Below are positions 63,829 to 64,000 of a stretch of 64,000 bases of DNA, in pieces (the first letter of the stretch is position 1; every line of letters starts with the position of its first letter). Source of the stretch: Candidatus Gastranaerophilales bacterium. GTDB taxonomy: Bacteria; Cyanobacteriota; Vampirovibrionia; Gastranaerophilales; Gastranaerophilaceae. The notes under the pieces are model-generated. The model saw only the letters and a program-made list of their open reading frames with translations. It did not search any database and was not told where the DNA came from. The translations under genes were made by a program, and so were the position numbers. The stretch lies in the NCBI GenBank assembly GCA_944323875.1, contig CALUUH010000008.1:1542-65541 (forward strand). The letters are read 5' to 3'.

Positions 63829-64000
63829 TGTTAACATCAAACAGTCAAGCATTGAGTTATTTTTAGCCAATAAACTGTCGATTTCTGGTAAAATATACTA
63901 GAAATTATAAATATATAAGGGATAATCTAAAAAAATAAATTTGCCGGTATCAAGAGTATAGGTGAATGTACTGCTAATTAAATTTTATATTGTGCACATT

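Overview
AT-rich bacterial chromosomal segment, mostly housekeeping genes, with no transposase, integrase, cas gene or CRISPR array. From left to right:
- a partial GT5 glycogen-synthase-like gene running off the left edge, then tRNA-Lys(UUU);
- an 887-aa repeat protein, a DUF3326 protein and clpP flanked by two coiled-coil ORFs;
- 5-formyl-THF cyclo-ligase, cobO and a higBA pair;
- a nine-gene + strand block: flavodoxin, Tat-signal AKR/[4Fe-4S] lipoprotein, polyferredoxin, tatA, tatC, larB, larC N-domain only, cbiM-PDGLE, larE;
- a YqeG phosphatase, a U32 peptidase, a sugar nucleotidyltransferase, tRNA-Lys(CUU) and two Zn-dependent dehydrogenases;
- a prepilin-like gene and rplU-rpmA;
- a partial dcw cluster (murF-mraY-murD-ftsW-murG), then rbfA-truB;
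- a GerMN protein, a HicB-like orphan, an XRE regulator and a protein made of four tandem GntR wHTH modules;
- ssb fused in an operon to a DUF1537 kinase and a PdxA-family dehydrogenase;
- secDF, dapA, prfA-ylxR-infB and an AAA+ ATPase;
- an NhaC/YuiF-like transporter, a DUF2157/GDYXXLXY pair and PiT with a DUF47 protein;
- a GT92-like glycosyltransferase and a guanidine-I riboswitch with sugE/gdx.

Several small orphan secreted proteins are scattered among these.

Lineage is inference only. DUF3326, a tail-less short SSB, GerMN, L27 without a propeptide and many prepilin-like or orphan proteins fit a non-photosynthetic cyanobacterial relative (Melainabacteria/Vampirovibrionia-like). This needs a database search.

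The most unusual items are:
- the LarA-less lar module welded to a private Tat system and an exported redox module;
- the four-wHTH GntR protein;
- a duplicated ~92-nt element in the rplU-rpmA spacer;
- repeat structures next to both tRNA-Lys genes.

I see no convincing defence island. Coordinates of non-coding features are hand-derived and approximate to a few nt.
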